DNA of 64,000 nucleotides from Acidobacteriaceae bacterium (GTDB lineage: Bacteria > Acidobacteriota > Terriglobia > Terriglobales > Acidobacteriaceae). The stretch's first letter is position 1. Every line of letters begins with the position of its first letter. The notes beneath the pieces were generated by a model, which ran no database searches, had not been told where the DNA came from, and saw only the letters and a program-made list of their open reading frames with translations. Shown one piece after another: positions 18,061-25,914 of the stretch. Made by a program: the position numbers and the translations under genes. Location: NCBI GenBank assembly GCA_035482355.1, contig DATHQV010000164.1, positions 28,228 through 92,227 of the forward strand. Reading direction: 5' to 3'.

Positions 18061-19773
18061 ATGATGGATCAGATACGCACAGCGCGATGGACACGGCGGC
18101 AATTTGTGTCACAAATGATCGCAAGCGCGCTTCTGATTCCGCAGCGTCCGCTTTTCGCCCTGACTCCCTCAACACAGGACCCTTTTGTTCTGGTTCCCGC
18201 TGCGGAAGACGGCATCAAGTGGGTGCACACGTCGGGAGCATCGCCTGAAAAATATCTTCCGGAAAGTTCAGGACCGGGTTGTGCTTTTTTCGATTTCGAC
18301 AACGATGGCTGGCTGGATATCTATCTTGTGAACAGCGGCAAATGCGATTTCTATAACCCCAGCTTGCCGCTCCGGAACGCGCTGTATCGCAATAATCGGG
18401 ATGGAACCTTTACTGAGGTGACGGAAAAAGCAGGTGTTGCGGCCGGGGGGTACGGCCAGGGAGTCGCGGTCGGCGATTATGATAACGACGGTCTGCCCGA
18501 TCTGTACGTTACGCAGTACGGAAGAAGCATCCTCTACCACAACAACGGTGATGGAACCTTTACCGATGTGACGGAGAAGGCAGGAGTCGCGGCTCCGGGA
18601 TGGTCGTCGAGCGCGGTATGGTTTGACTATAACAACGATGGATTGCTGGATCTTTTTGTCTGCCGGTTTGTCGATTTCAGCAAGGAGCTGAACAAACCCT
18701 GCGGCATCCATGAGGATGGCCTGCGGCACTACTGCATTCCAACGGTTTACCGGCCCATGCCGAGTTGGCTTTTCCGCAACAATGGCGACGGTACGTTCAC
18801 AGACGTCAGTCGAGAATCAGGCATCGCCGGCCAACTGGGCAAAGCGTGGGGAGTGGTGGCGACCGACATCAACAACGACGGCCTGATGGATCTCTTCGTG
18901 AGCAACGACACCGTTCGCAATTTTCTTTTCCTGAATCGTGGAAATGGGAAGTTTGAAGAAATCGGAGAAATCGCCGGCGCAGGCTACAGTTCCGACGGGC
19001 GCGCCCGGTCGGGAATGGGCGTCGACTCGGCAGATTTTGATCAGGATGGCTTCATGGATCTTTTCGTCGCTAACCTTGATCGTCAATCGTACTCGATTTA
19101 CCGCAACAATCATGACGGGACCTTCGACGATGAAGGCGGACCGACCGGCATTGCCGCTGCTACTTATTTGATGAGTGGCTGGGGACTCAAGTTCTTCGAC
19201 TTCGATAACGACGGATATCTGGATCTGTTTTTGGCGAATGGAAACCCCGACGATTTAATCGACCGAATCCACTCACAGGTAACGTACGAAGAGCCTCCGC
19301 TCCTGTTCCAGGGCACGGGTAAGGGGCTCCGCAATATCAGCCAGCAGAGCGGGCCAATTTTTGCGCGGCCAATTTCGGCGCGCGGGCTGGCGATCGGTGA
19401 TTTCGACAACGACGGCGCGATTGACGTACTCATTGGAGTCAATGACGGCGCCCCGCTCCTGCTGCGAAACACCACCAGCGGTCAGAATCACTGGCTCGGA
19501 ATCAAGCTTGTCGGGACCAAATCGAATCGGGACGCGATTGGGGCGCGGATTACCTACCAGGCGCAGGACTTCAAGCAGAGCCGGATGAAAGTGGGGGGTG
19601 GCAGTTACCTTTCGAGCCATGATCCGCGGATCGTTCTTGGTATCGGCAAGCGCCCAAAGTTGGATTGGGTCGAAATCAAGTGGCCGCTGCCTGGCGGTAA
19701 AACTGAGCGCATTACGGATTTGCCCATCGACCGTTACGTGACGATTATCGAGGGCCAGGGCAAATGGACGTAA
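18061..19773 (+). CDS. CRTAC1-family protein: seven FG-GAP/VCBS repeats plus an ASPIC/UnbV C-terminal domain, Tat-like signal
   Basis: Seven DxDxDG calcium-type repeats (FDFDNDGWLDIYL, VGDYDNDGLPDLYV, WFDYNNDGLLDLFV, ATDINNDGLMDLFV, SADFDQDGFMDLFV, FFDFDNDGYLDLFL, IGDFDNDGAIDVLI). C-terminal NHWLGIKLVG...NRDAIGARI...GGGSYLSSHD. N-terminal RRQFV signal. Confidence 0.85.
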   Translation: MMDQIRTARWTRRQFVSQMIASALLIPQRPLFALTPSTQDPFVLVPAAEDGIKWVHTSGASPEKYLPESSGPGCAFFDFDNDGWLDIYLVNSGKCDFYNPSLPLRNALYRNNRDGTFTEVTEKAGVAAGGYGQGVAVGDYDNDGLPDLYVTQYGRSILYHNNGDGTFTDVTEKAGVAAPGWSSSAVWFDYNNDGLLDLFVCRFVDFSKELNKPCGIHEDGLRHYCIPTVYRPMPSWLFRNNGDGTFTDVSRESGIAGQLGKAWGVVATDINNDGLMDLFVSNDTVRNFLFLNRGNGKFEEIGEIAGAGYSSDGRARSGMGVDSADFDQDGFMDLFVANLDRQSYSIYRNNHDGTFDDEGGPTGIAAATYLMSGWGLKFFDFDNDGYLDLFLANGNPDDLIDRIHSQVTYEEPPLLFQGTGKGLRNISQQSGPIFARPISARGLAIGDFDNDGAIDVLIGVNDGAPLLLRNTTSGQNHWLGIKLVGTKSNRDAIGARITYQAQDFKQSRMKVGGGSYLSSHDPRIVLGIGKRPKLDWVEIKWPLPGGKTERITDLPIDRYVTIIEGQGKWT

Positions 19774-19774
19774 G

Positions 19775-19925
19775 GGCGACGGGGGAAGATCGGCGCTGTC
19801 GACTTCGGACGACGATAGCGCCCAAATACCCCTTAACGTACCGCTTTTGTACCGCCGGCGTGTGCCTTGCGTCCGGGCAGAAAACCCCTGATCCGCGCCC
19901 ACTGTGCTTCGCTCAGTTCATACCG
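19775..19925 (-). pseudogene. remnant of an IS4/IS5-family transposase N-terminus (DUF4096-like)
   Basis: The minus strand reads YELSEAQWARIRGFLPGRKAHAGGTKAVR-stop, then (shifted frames) FGRYR and SADLPPS. This matches the LSDEQWxxIxPLLPGR...YRYRxGxxWRDLP pattern of IS5-type transposase N-termini. There is no start codon, an internal stop and a frame change. Confidence 0.45.
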
Positions 19926-19991
19926 GCTTGGGGATATGGCCCCGGGGCACCAGGTTTTCGCTCCGCGGCTAAGTGCATCTGTCGATACCGC

Positions 19992-20258
19992 TTAGGCGGC
20001 GCGCTTGTGCTCGCGGGCCCAGCGGTCGTAGTCGTCGTTCACGTTGCCGAGCTCATAAACGCTGTTGCGGGTTTCGACGAGGCGGTTAGCTGAGTCGATG
20101 CTGACGATGGCGCTGGTATAGATGACGCCATTTGGGAGGTTGGCGTGGCCGAAGATGGTGCCCGTGAGCCTGCGGTCCGGTTCGAGTTCGCGGAAATCAG
20201 GCGCGGAAACGCTCTCCACGACCGACCAGTTATCGATCCTTGCCTTGGGTTTGTTCAT
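19992..20258 (-). CDS. hypothetical small protein (88 aa)
   Basis: ORF with GGAG 8 nt upstream of the ATG at 20258. No recognisable motif. The longer 20351 start was rejected. Confidence 0.45.
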   Translation of the reverse strand: MNKPKARIDNWSVVESVSAPDFRELEPDRRLTGTIFGHANLPNGVIYTSAIVSIDSANRLVETRNSVYELGNVNDDYDRWAREHKRAA

Positions 20259-20618
20259 GCTGCGCTCCATTTCCGCTCTGCCTGTCTGCGCAAGATCTCT
20301 CGCGTTGTACACATATAGATGCAATCCAAAGACCAGACGGTGTGGCTGCAAACAATAGAGTTATCCGAACAGCTGGTTTCGCGGCATGCAGTTTTTACCG
20401 GATAGGCGCCGGAATGGCAGGCCACAAGGCGACGAGCAACTTGCTGCCTGGGGGCGCTTCTGAGGTGCGATTCCTTCGATTGGCGCCGGAGTGGTGATGG
20501 GGGTCCCGGTGCCGCTTTCGGGGGAACTATTCCCTAAATGGAGCATTGACTTCGGAACGGCGTCGCGAATTAATGAAGATTGCAACCCTGCACCAATTTC
20601 ATCTGAGGAGAAAAGAGA

Positions 20619-20780
20619 ATGTTTTTGCAATTGAATCGATTGCTGAAGGACGAGTCCGGCCAGGACTTGATTGAATACGCACTGATCGCGGCCCTGATTT
20701 CCATTGCGGTGATCGTTGGCCTGAACGGCCTTGCAAGCAAAATCAATGCCGAGTTCACGAAAATCGGCGGCGACTTGTAG
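20619..20780 (+). CDS. flp: Flp/Fap family type IVb pilin (53 aa)
   Basis: GAGGAG RBS at 20605-20610. Translates MFLQLNRLLKDESGQDLIEYALIAALISIAVIVGLNGLASKINAEFTKIGGDL, which carries the Flp G/xxxxEY processing motif and hydrophobic core. Below the 60-aa cut-off of the ORF track. Confidence 0.85.
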   Translation: MFLQLNRLLKDESGQDLIEYALIAALISIAVIVGLNGLASKINAEFTKIGGDL

Positions 20781-20961
20781 CGTTCGCCACACCTTTGGAA
20801 GTTTCCGCACTCTGCCTGTAATACGGCGGAGAGCGTCGTTTGCCCGCTATCGTTTGCACAGACGGCGGGCATTTTGCTGCGATGTGCGCGGCGCTGCAAC
20901 CATCGATTCCACCCTGGCATTTGGGTTCCGGGAAAGACGACACGCTCATGCGTGATTCAAC

Positions 20962-21510
20962 CTATGTCCAGAACGGGGATGGGCCAATTAGCTCCAGGCC
21001 GTAGCGGCGCCAGACTGCGGGATCGGTGACGTGGGGATCGCGAACTTCGCGGAAGAAGGCTTCCATACGGCCAGCGGGGCAAAACGCGATGATCATGCGG
21101 CTGGGCGCGGCAGACACGGACGAGAAGGTGTGCGGCACGCGGCGCGGCGCCAACGCCGACTCGCCGGGGCCGAGGCGCAGGCGCTGGTCGCCGATCTGAA
21201 ACGCGACGTCACCCTCCAACACATAGAACCACTCTTCCTGATCGAGATGCAGATGGAGCGCGGGGCCACCGTGGGTGAGGTGGGTGTGCTCCATGACGAA
21301 GAGGCCGCCCGCGGTGTCATTAGTGGCGACCTTGAAAAGGATGGTGCTGAAGCCGAGCGAATGCGTTTCGCTGAAGCGATCTTCGCCGGCGGCGACGACA
21401 TGGAGAGCGGCGGCTGGTGGGGCGGTTTGAGCACCGGCGCTGTTGGTAAAGAGTTCTGGCAGGGCTGCGGTGAGCAGAGCGGCATCGCGCAAAAAAGAAC
21501 GTCGTTCCAT
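20962..21510 (-). CDS. cupin domain protein with Tat signal
   Basis: MERRSFLRDAALLTAALPELFTNSAGAQ twin-arginine leader. Cupin motifs HTHLTHGGPALHLHLDQEEWFYVLEG and PRRVPHTF. Confidence 0.8.
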   Translation of the reverse strand: MERRSFLRDAALLTAALPELFTNSAGAQTAPPAAALHVVAAGEDRFSETHSLGFSTILFKVATNDTAGGLFVMEHTHLTHGGPALHLHLDQEEWFYVLEGDVAFQIGDQRLRLGPGESALAPRRVPHTFSSVSAAPSRMIIAFCPAGRMEAFFREVRDPHVTDPAVWRRYGLELIGPSPFWT

Positions 21511-21641
21511 TCGGCGGATCTCCTGGGTGGGGGCGGTTGCATGGAAGTGTATCGACCGCGGCAGATTGTGGCCAACAAATAATGGCGCCGGCTGGGATAG
21601 GCTGGTGCTGATCCTGTCTCCCTGGTGCTGATCCGGTCTCG

Positions 21642-22547
21642 ATGCTGAGTGCGACGAAAACGCGGTTTCATGCGATCCGGCTGCGGCTGGAGAGCCATGT
21701 TGCGACGAGCCGGCGGGATGCGCGGCTTTGGGAATTCTTTCTGTTTGTGTTCAAGCAGGGATGGGCATGCTTGTTTGGCGCGGTGCTGCTGGAGCTGATT
21801 CTGGCGACGAAGTGGACCTGGAGCCGACACCTGTGGCCTTCACACTGGCTGGCGCGGTATGACTTTTTGTTTCTGGCGGCGCTGACCGTGCAGGCCGTGC
21901 TGCTGCTGACACGGATGGAGAGCGTGCGCGAGGCGAAAGTCATCCTGATGTTCCATGTGGTGGGCACATGCATGGAGCTGTTCAAGACCAGCGTGGGGTC
22001 GTGGACGTATCCGGAGAGCAATTTTTTTCGGATCGGGCATGTGCCGCTGTTTTCCGGGTTCATGTATGCGTCGGTGGGGAGCTATCTGGCGCGGGTGACG
22101 CGGATTGTGGACATGCGGTACACGGGGTATCCGCCACGATGGCTGACGGTGGCGCTGGCGGTGCTGATCTACGCGAACTTCTTCACGCATCATTACCTGC
22201 CGGACATCCGGGTGGGGCTATTTGTGCTGCTGGCGGTTACGTATGGGCGGACGTGGGTGTATTACCGGCCGTATCGGAAATATCGGAGGATGCCGCTGCT
22301 GCTGGGATTTTGTTTGGTGGCGTTGTTTATCTGGGGCGCGGAGAATATTGGGACGTTCGCGGCGGTGTGGGTGTATCCGCAGCAGCGGCATGGATGGCAG
22401 GTGGTGGGGTTGGGGAAGTTTGGAGCGTGGCTGCTGCTGATGGTGATTAGTTTTATTTTGGTTTCGTTTGCAAATGCGCCCGCGTTGCCGCCGGCAAGCG
22501 AGAAAGCCGTCAGCAAGACGGCGGTCAGCGTAAGTCCGGTCAGCTAA
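21642..22547 (+). CDS. DUF817-like integral membrane protein
   Basis: 301 aa, about 8 TM segments. The N-terminal EFFLFVFKQGWACLFGAVLL resembles the DUF817 (YoaT-like) signature, recalled from memory and not searched. Confidence 0.6.
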   Translation: MLSATKTRFHAIRLRLESHVATSRRDARLWEFFLFVFKQGWACLFGAVLLELILATKWTWSRHLWPSHWLARYDFLFLAALTVQAVLLLTRMESVREAKVILMFHVVGTCMELFKTSVGSWTYPESNFFRIGHVPLFSGFMYASVGSYLARVTRIVDMRYTGYPPRWLTVALAVLIYANFFTHHYLPDIRVGLFVLLAVTYGRTWVYYRPYRKYRRMPLLLGFCLVALFIWGAENIGTFAAVWVYPQQRHGWQVVGLGKFGAWLLLMVISFILVSFANAPALPPASEKAVSKTAVSVSPVS

Positions 22548-22570
22548 GAAGCGGTCAGCGGGTGAAGCGG

Positions 22571-22626
22571 GCGCTTCGCGCGAGACCCACTTCTGCCAAA
22601 CCCGGGTAGAAATGGGGCACCCCGAG
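22571..22626. repeat. REP-like imperfect hairpin in a convergent intergenic region
   Basis: GCGCTTCGCGCGAGACCCACTTCTGCCAAACCCGGGTAGAAATGGGGCACCCCGAG. The arms CCCACTTCTGCC / GGTAGAAATGGG are imperfectly complementary. Resembles a repeat class I recall as common in acidobacterial intergenic DNA. Confidence 0.3.
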
Positions 22627-22665
22627 TTTATTTTTCTTCCTGTAAACCATCTCTGAATGTATTGG

Positions 22666-23928
22666 TTACGACGCTTTGCGAGCTAGCGGCCTGGCGAATT
22701 CTATGGGGTGTTGGGAGCTTTGATCCTTGAAGCCCAGGAGGCTAAGGATCGGAGTGGTGCTGATGGTGGTCATGAGTGCCATGACGACCATCATGGTGAA
22801 GAGGGTGGGGGAGAAGGCACCGACGTTGTAGGCAATGTTGAGGACGACGAGCTCGACGAGGCCGCGGGTGTTCAGGAGAGCGCCGAGGGCGAGGGCGTTG
22901 CGCCAGGACTGTCCGGTAAAGCGGGCTGCGGCTGCGGCTCCGCCCATTTTGCCGAAGACGGCGGCGACGAGGACAATGCCGGCCCAGAGCCACATGCGGC
23001 TGTCGTTGAGGAGATCGAGGCGGGTGCGCATGCCGGTGAGTGCGAAGAAAAGGGGCAGGAGGAGGACGGAGACGATCATGTCGAGGCGGGCGCGGAGGGC
23101 GATTTGCCACTCCGCGACGCGCGGGAAGCAGACGCCCGCCATGAAAGCTCCGAAGAGCGGGTGGACGCCGATGGCCTGGGTAGCGGCAGCCGAGGCGAGG
23201 GTCAGCATCACGGCGATGCTGAGCAGTTCGAGAGAGAGACCGGTCTTGCGGCAGCGGCGAGTCAGAAGGACGAGCAGCGGCTTGATAACAAAGAGCATGA
23301 CGGCCAGGTAAGCCCCGAGGCCGATGAGGCGGGAAGGAAGGGATGAGGGACCGCCATCGGCGCCAATGAGGGCGAGGGCGAGCGCGAGCAGGAGCCATGC
23401 GACGACATCGTCGACGGCCGCGCAGAGGATGGCGGTGGTGCCGAGCGTGGTGGACTGGAGGCCGCGCTCTTCAAGGATGCGGGCAAGCACCGGAAACGCA
23501 GTGATGCTCATGGCAATGCCGAGAAAAAGAACGAAGGGTAGATTGCCGACGCCGTGTGGGGCGAAGCGGATGCGGAGCGAATGGGCCAGGAGCGCTCCCA
23601 TGGCAAAGGGAAGGAGGATGCTCATGCCGCTGGCGAAGGCGGCAGTGGTGCGCTGGCGGTAAAGTTGCTCGTATTCGAGCTCAGTCCCAATCAGGAAAAG
23701 GAAGAGGACGAGGCCGATGGTGGAGAGCATCTCGAAGGACGCGAAGGAAGCCTGGGGAAAGAGGTGGGCGGCGGCATGCGGAGCGAAACGTCCGAAGACG
23801 GAGGGGCCGAGGAGGATGCCGCCAATGATTTCACCGATGACGCGGGACTGGCCCATGCGGAGGGAGAGCCATCCGCAGGTGAGGGTGACCAGCATGACGA
23901 TAGCGATTTGGATGAGAAGGAGCGTCAT
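22666..23928 (-). CDS. cation:proton antiporter (CPA2, Kef/NapA-type Na+/H+ exchanger family)
   Basis: Start MTLLLIQIAIVMLVTLTCGWLSLRMGQSRVIGEIIGGILLGPSVFG is the typical CPA2 N-terminus. About 12 TM segments. The 106-aa upstream extension of the track ORF was rejected. Confidence 0.9.
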   Translation of the reverse strand: MTLLLIQIAIVMLVTLTCGWLSLRMGQSRVIGEIIGGILLGPSVFGRFAPHAAAHLFPQASFASFEMLSTIGLVLFLFLIGTELEYEQLYRQRTTAAFASGMSILLPFAMGALLAHSLRIRFAPHGVGNLPFVLFLGIAMSITAFPVLARILEERGLQSTTLGTTAILCAAVDDVVAWLLLALALALIGADGGPSSLPSRLIGLGAYLAVMLFVIKPLLVLLTRRCRKTGLSLELLSIAVMLTLASAAATQAIGVHPLFGAFMAGVCFPRVAEWQIALRARLDMIVSVLLLPLFFALTGMRTRLDLLNDSRMWLWAGIVLVAAVFGKMGGAAAAARFTGQSWRNALALGALLNTRGLVELVVLNIAYNVGAFSPTLFTMMVVMALMTTISTTPILSLLGFKDQSSQHPIEFARPLARKAS

Positions 23929-24156
23929 CGATTGCCAGGAATGCTCTTTTGAGATGCGGGTGAGGGGTTTGGCTTTGTATGGGGCTGGATGGGGCGAATT
24001 GGGACAGGAACTGGGCAGTGGCCCTGGGAAAAGAATACGCCAGGCTTTTTCGTCAAGGGAACTGGGGAGTGGAACGTCGCGGCGTTGAAAACTTCTGAAG
24101 GTGAGTGGCGGGGTGGGCGGATTTGCTTTGATAATGGAGAGAATTCCGGGAATCGA

Positions 24157-24182
24157 GGAACCACGGCGGGGCCGTCTGCGTA
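24157..24182 (+). promoter_or_regulatory. candidate ECF-type promoter GGAAC-N17-CGTA
   Basis: GGAAC at 24157-24161 and CGTA at 24179-24182, immediately upstream of the sigma-factor ORF. Matches the generic ECF -35 GGAAC / -10 CGT pattern. Confidence 0.25.
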
Positions 24183-24191
24183 TGATTGCCC

Positions 24192-25052
24192 ATGAGCGTG
24201 GCTGGCACCATTTCGTGGAACCTGGGGCTGATGGGGTTCCCGGCACGGCAGACTGGCGAACGGGCTGGGGAGCGGGCGGGAGCCCGGAATCCGCACACCA
24301 ATCCGCAGGCGGCGCCGGCAGGCCAGCTGCGGACGCCCGGCGGCCAGGAACGGCCGGCGGAACGGTGGCAGAAAAAAGAGCAGTCCGGAGCGCGCGCTGC
24401 GGAGAGAGCCGGAGAACGGACTCTAGGACGGAGCGGGCAACAACTTCTGGAGAAGCCTGTGGAAGCGCAGTGGGAGGTCCTGGTCGAGCGGTGCCTGCAC
24501 GGGGACTCGTTCGCGTGGACGGAACTGGTGAAAGCGCATCACAGGCGTGTGTACGGATTGTGCTTCCGGTTCACGGGATCTACGAGCGACGCTGAGGACC
24601 TGACCCAGGAAGTTTTCCTGAAGGTGTACGGGAATCTGACGTCTTTCGACCTGACCCGGGGCAGCTTCCAAACATGGATTACGACCATGACGCGCAACCT
24701 GCTGGTGGATCACTTCCGGCGGTCACGGGCGCAGCGGTCAACGGATTCGATTGATGCGGGTTGGGACAGCGATGGAGAAGAGATGCCGTTGTCGCAGCGG
24801 CTGGCGGACCAGGGCAAGAGCCAGCACGACAAGGCAGTGCAGAAGGAAATTGAAAAGATGGTGCAGGAAGCTCTGACGAAGATATCGCCGGAGTTGCGCG
24901 AGGCAGTGATCCTGCGGGACTTGCAGGACCTGGACTATAAGGAAATCGCGCAGGTTCTGCACATACCCGAAGGTACTGTGAAATCAAGAATCAGCCGGGG
25001 ACGGGCGGAACTGGCCCGTTTACTCGAGCGTAATAAAGGGCAGGTGGTGTAG
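24192..25052 (+). CDS. ECF (group 4) RNA polymerase sigma-70 factor, possibly with a low-complexity N-terminal extension
   Basis: Region 2 (HRRVYGLCFRFTGSTSDAEDLTQEVFLKVY) and region 4 (LRDLQDLDYKEIAQVLHIPEGTVKSRISRGRAEL). The canonical core begins near the GTG at 24459. The upstream 90 codons keep high third-position GC, so the ATG at 24192 is retained as the start, with uncertainty. Confidence 0.85.
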   Translation: MSVAGTISWNLGLMGFPARQTGERAGERAGARNPHTNPQAAPAGQLRTPGGQERPAERWQKKEQSGARAAERAGERTLGRSGQQLLEKPVEAQWEVLVERCLHGDSFAWTELVKAHHRRVYGLCFRFTGSTSDAEDLTQEVFLKVYGNLTSFDLTRGSFQTWITTMTRNLLVDHFRRSRAQRSTDSIDAGWDSDGEEMPLSQRLADQGKSQHDKAVQKEIEKMVQEALTKISPELREAVILRDLQDLDYKEIAQVLHIPEGTVKSRISRGRAELARLLERNKGQVV

Positions 25053-25053
25053 C

Positions 25054-25914
25054 GTGGCGGATCAAAACAAATTCGGAAAGATGCCGGACGCCACCCCGGG
25101 CAGCGGCGGCCTGCGCTGCGAGGAATGGGAGGCGCTGCTGGTGGATGCGCTGGACGGGCTGTTGCCCGCAGGCGATACGGCAGCGTTTCACGCGCACAGC
25201 GCGAACTGCATGGGCTGCGCAGACTTACTGGCGCATGCGAAGCAGGGGCAGGAGTGGCTGGAATACCTGCACACCGAGCCGGAGGTTCCGGCAGGGCTGG
25301 TGAGCAAGATTCTGGACAAGACGGCCGGAGCGGGCGCGATTCCGGTGCAGGTGATTGCGGGAGCTGGCACAGAGCAGGTCGTAGGAGCGAGCGCGGTAGC
25401 CGTGCCGTGGAGGCGCAGCTTCCAGGAGACGCGGCTGCTGATGACGGTAGCGATGGCGTTCTTCTCGATCGCGCTGACGCTGAACATGGCTGGGGTGAAA
25501 CTGACGAGCCTGCGGCTGGCGGATCTGCGGCCGGGAACGATTGGGAGCACGATCTCCAGGCAGTTCTGGGGAGCGCAGAGTTCGGTGGTGCGGTTCTACG
25601 ACAACATGCGGTTTGTGTATCAGCTGCAATCGAAAGTGCGGGAGCTGCGGCGAGATACGCAGACGCAGCCGGCAACGCCGAAGAAGCAGTCGCCCTCAAG
25701 CCGGAACGATGGGGCGGAGCCGACCATCGAGCTGAGAGCGCAGAACGCAGCGCACACCGTCGAGCGCACAGGGTGCAGCGTACAGGGTGCAGTGCAAAAA
25801 AGAGCAGAGAACATTGCAGCAACAACACATGAAGTAAAGACCCCGGATACCCACGAAGCCGGGCCGCGGCGGATTGCATTATCCGCCGGGTGCAAGGGAA
25901 GGAGCCTGGCATGA
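25054..25914 (+). CDS. anti-sigma factor with zinc-finger (zf-HC2/ZAS) N-terminal domain, single TM
   Basis: GTG start 1 nt after the sigma stop. The ZAS motif H-x3-C-x2-C is present in FHAHSANCMGCADLL. TM helix LLMTVAMAFFSIALTLNMAGV. Confidence 0.8.
   Translation: MADQNKFGKMPDATPGSGGLRCEEWEALLVDALDGLLPAGDTAAFHAHSANCMGCADLLAHAKQGQEWLEYLHTEPEVPAGLVSKILDKTAGAGAIPVQVIAGAGTEQVVGASAVAVPWRRSFQETRLLMTVAMAFFSIALTLNMAGVKLTSLRLADLRPGTIGSTISRQFWGAQSSVVRFYDNMRFVYQLQSKVRELRRDTQTQPATPKKQSPSSRNDGAEPTIELRAQNAAHTVERTGCSVQGAVQKRAENIAATTHEVKTPDTHEAGPRRIALSAGCKGRSLA

Noticed and set aside
21093-21830. 245-aa minus-strand ORF overlapping the cupin gene and the DUF817 gene start
   Set aside because: It is off-frame to the cupin gene, which has a Tat signal and cupin motifs. 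The translation is Pro/Ser/Arg-rich.
24935-25912. 325-aa minus-strand ORF antisense to the anti-sigma gene
   Set aside because: Ala/Arg/Pro/Ser-rich low complexity. The plus-strand frame carries the ZAS motif and a TM helix, and is coupled to the sigma gene.
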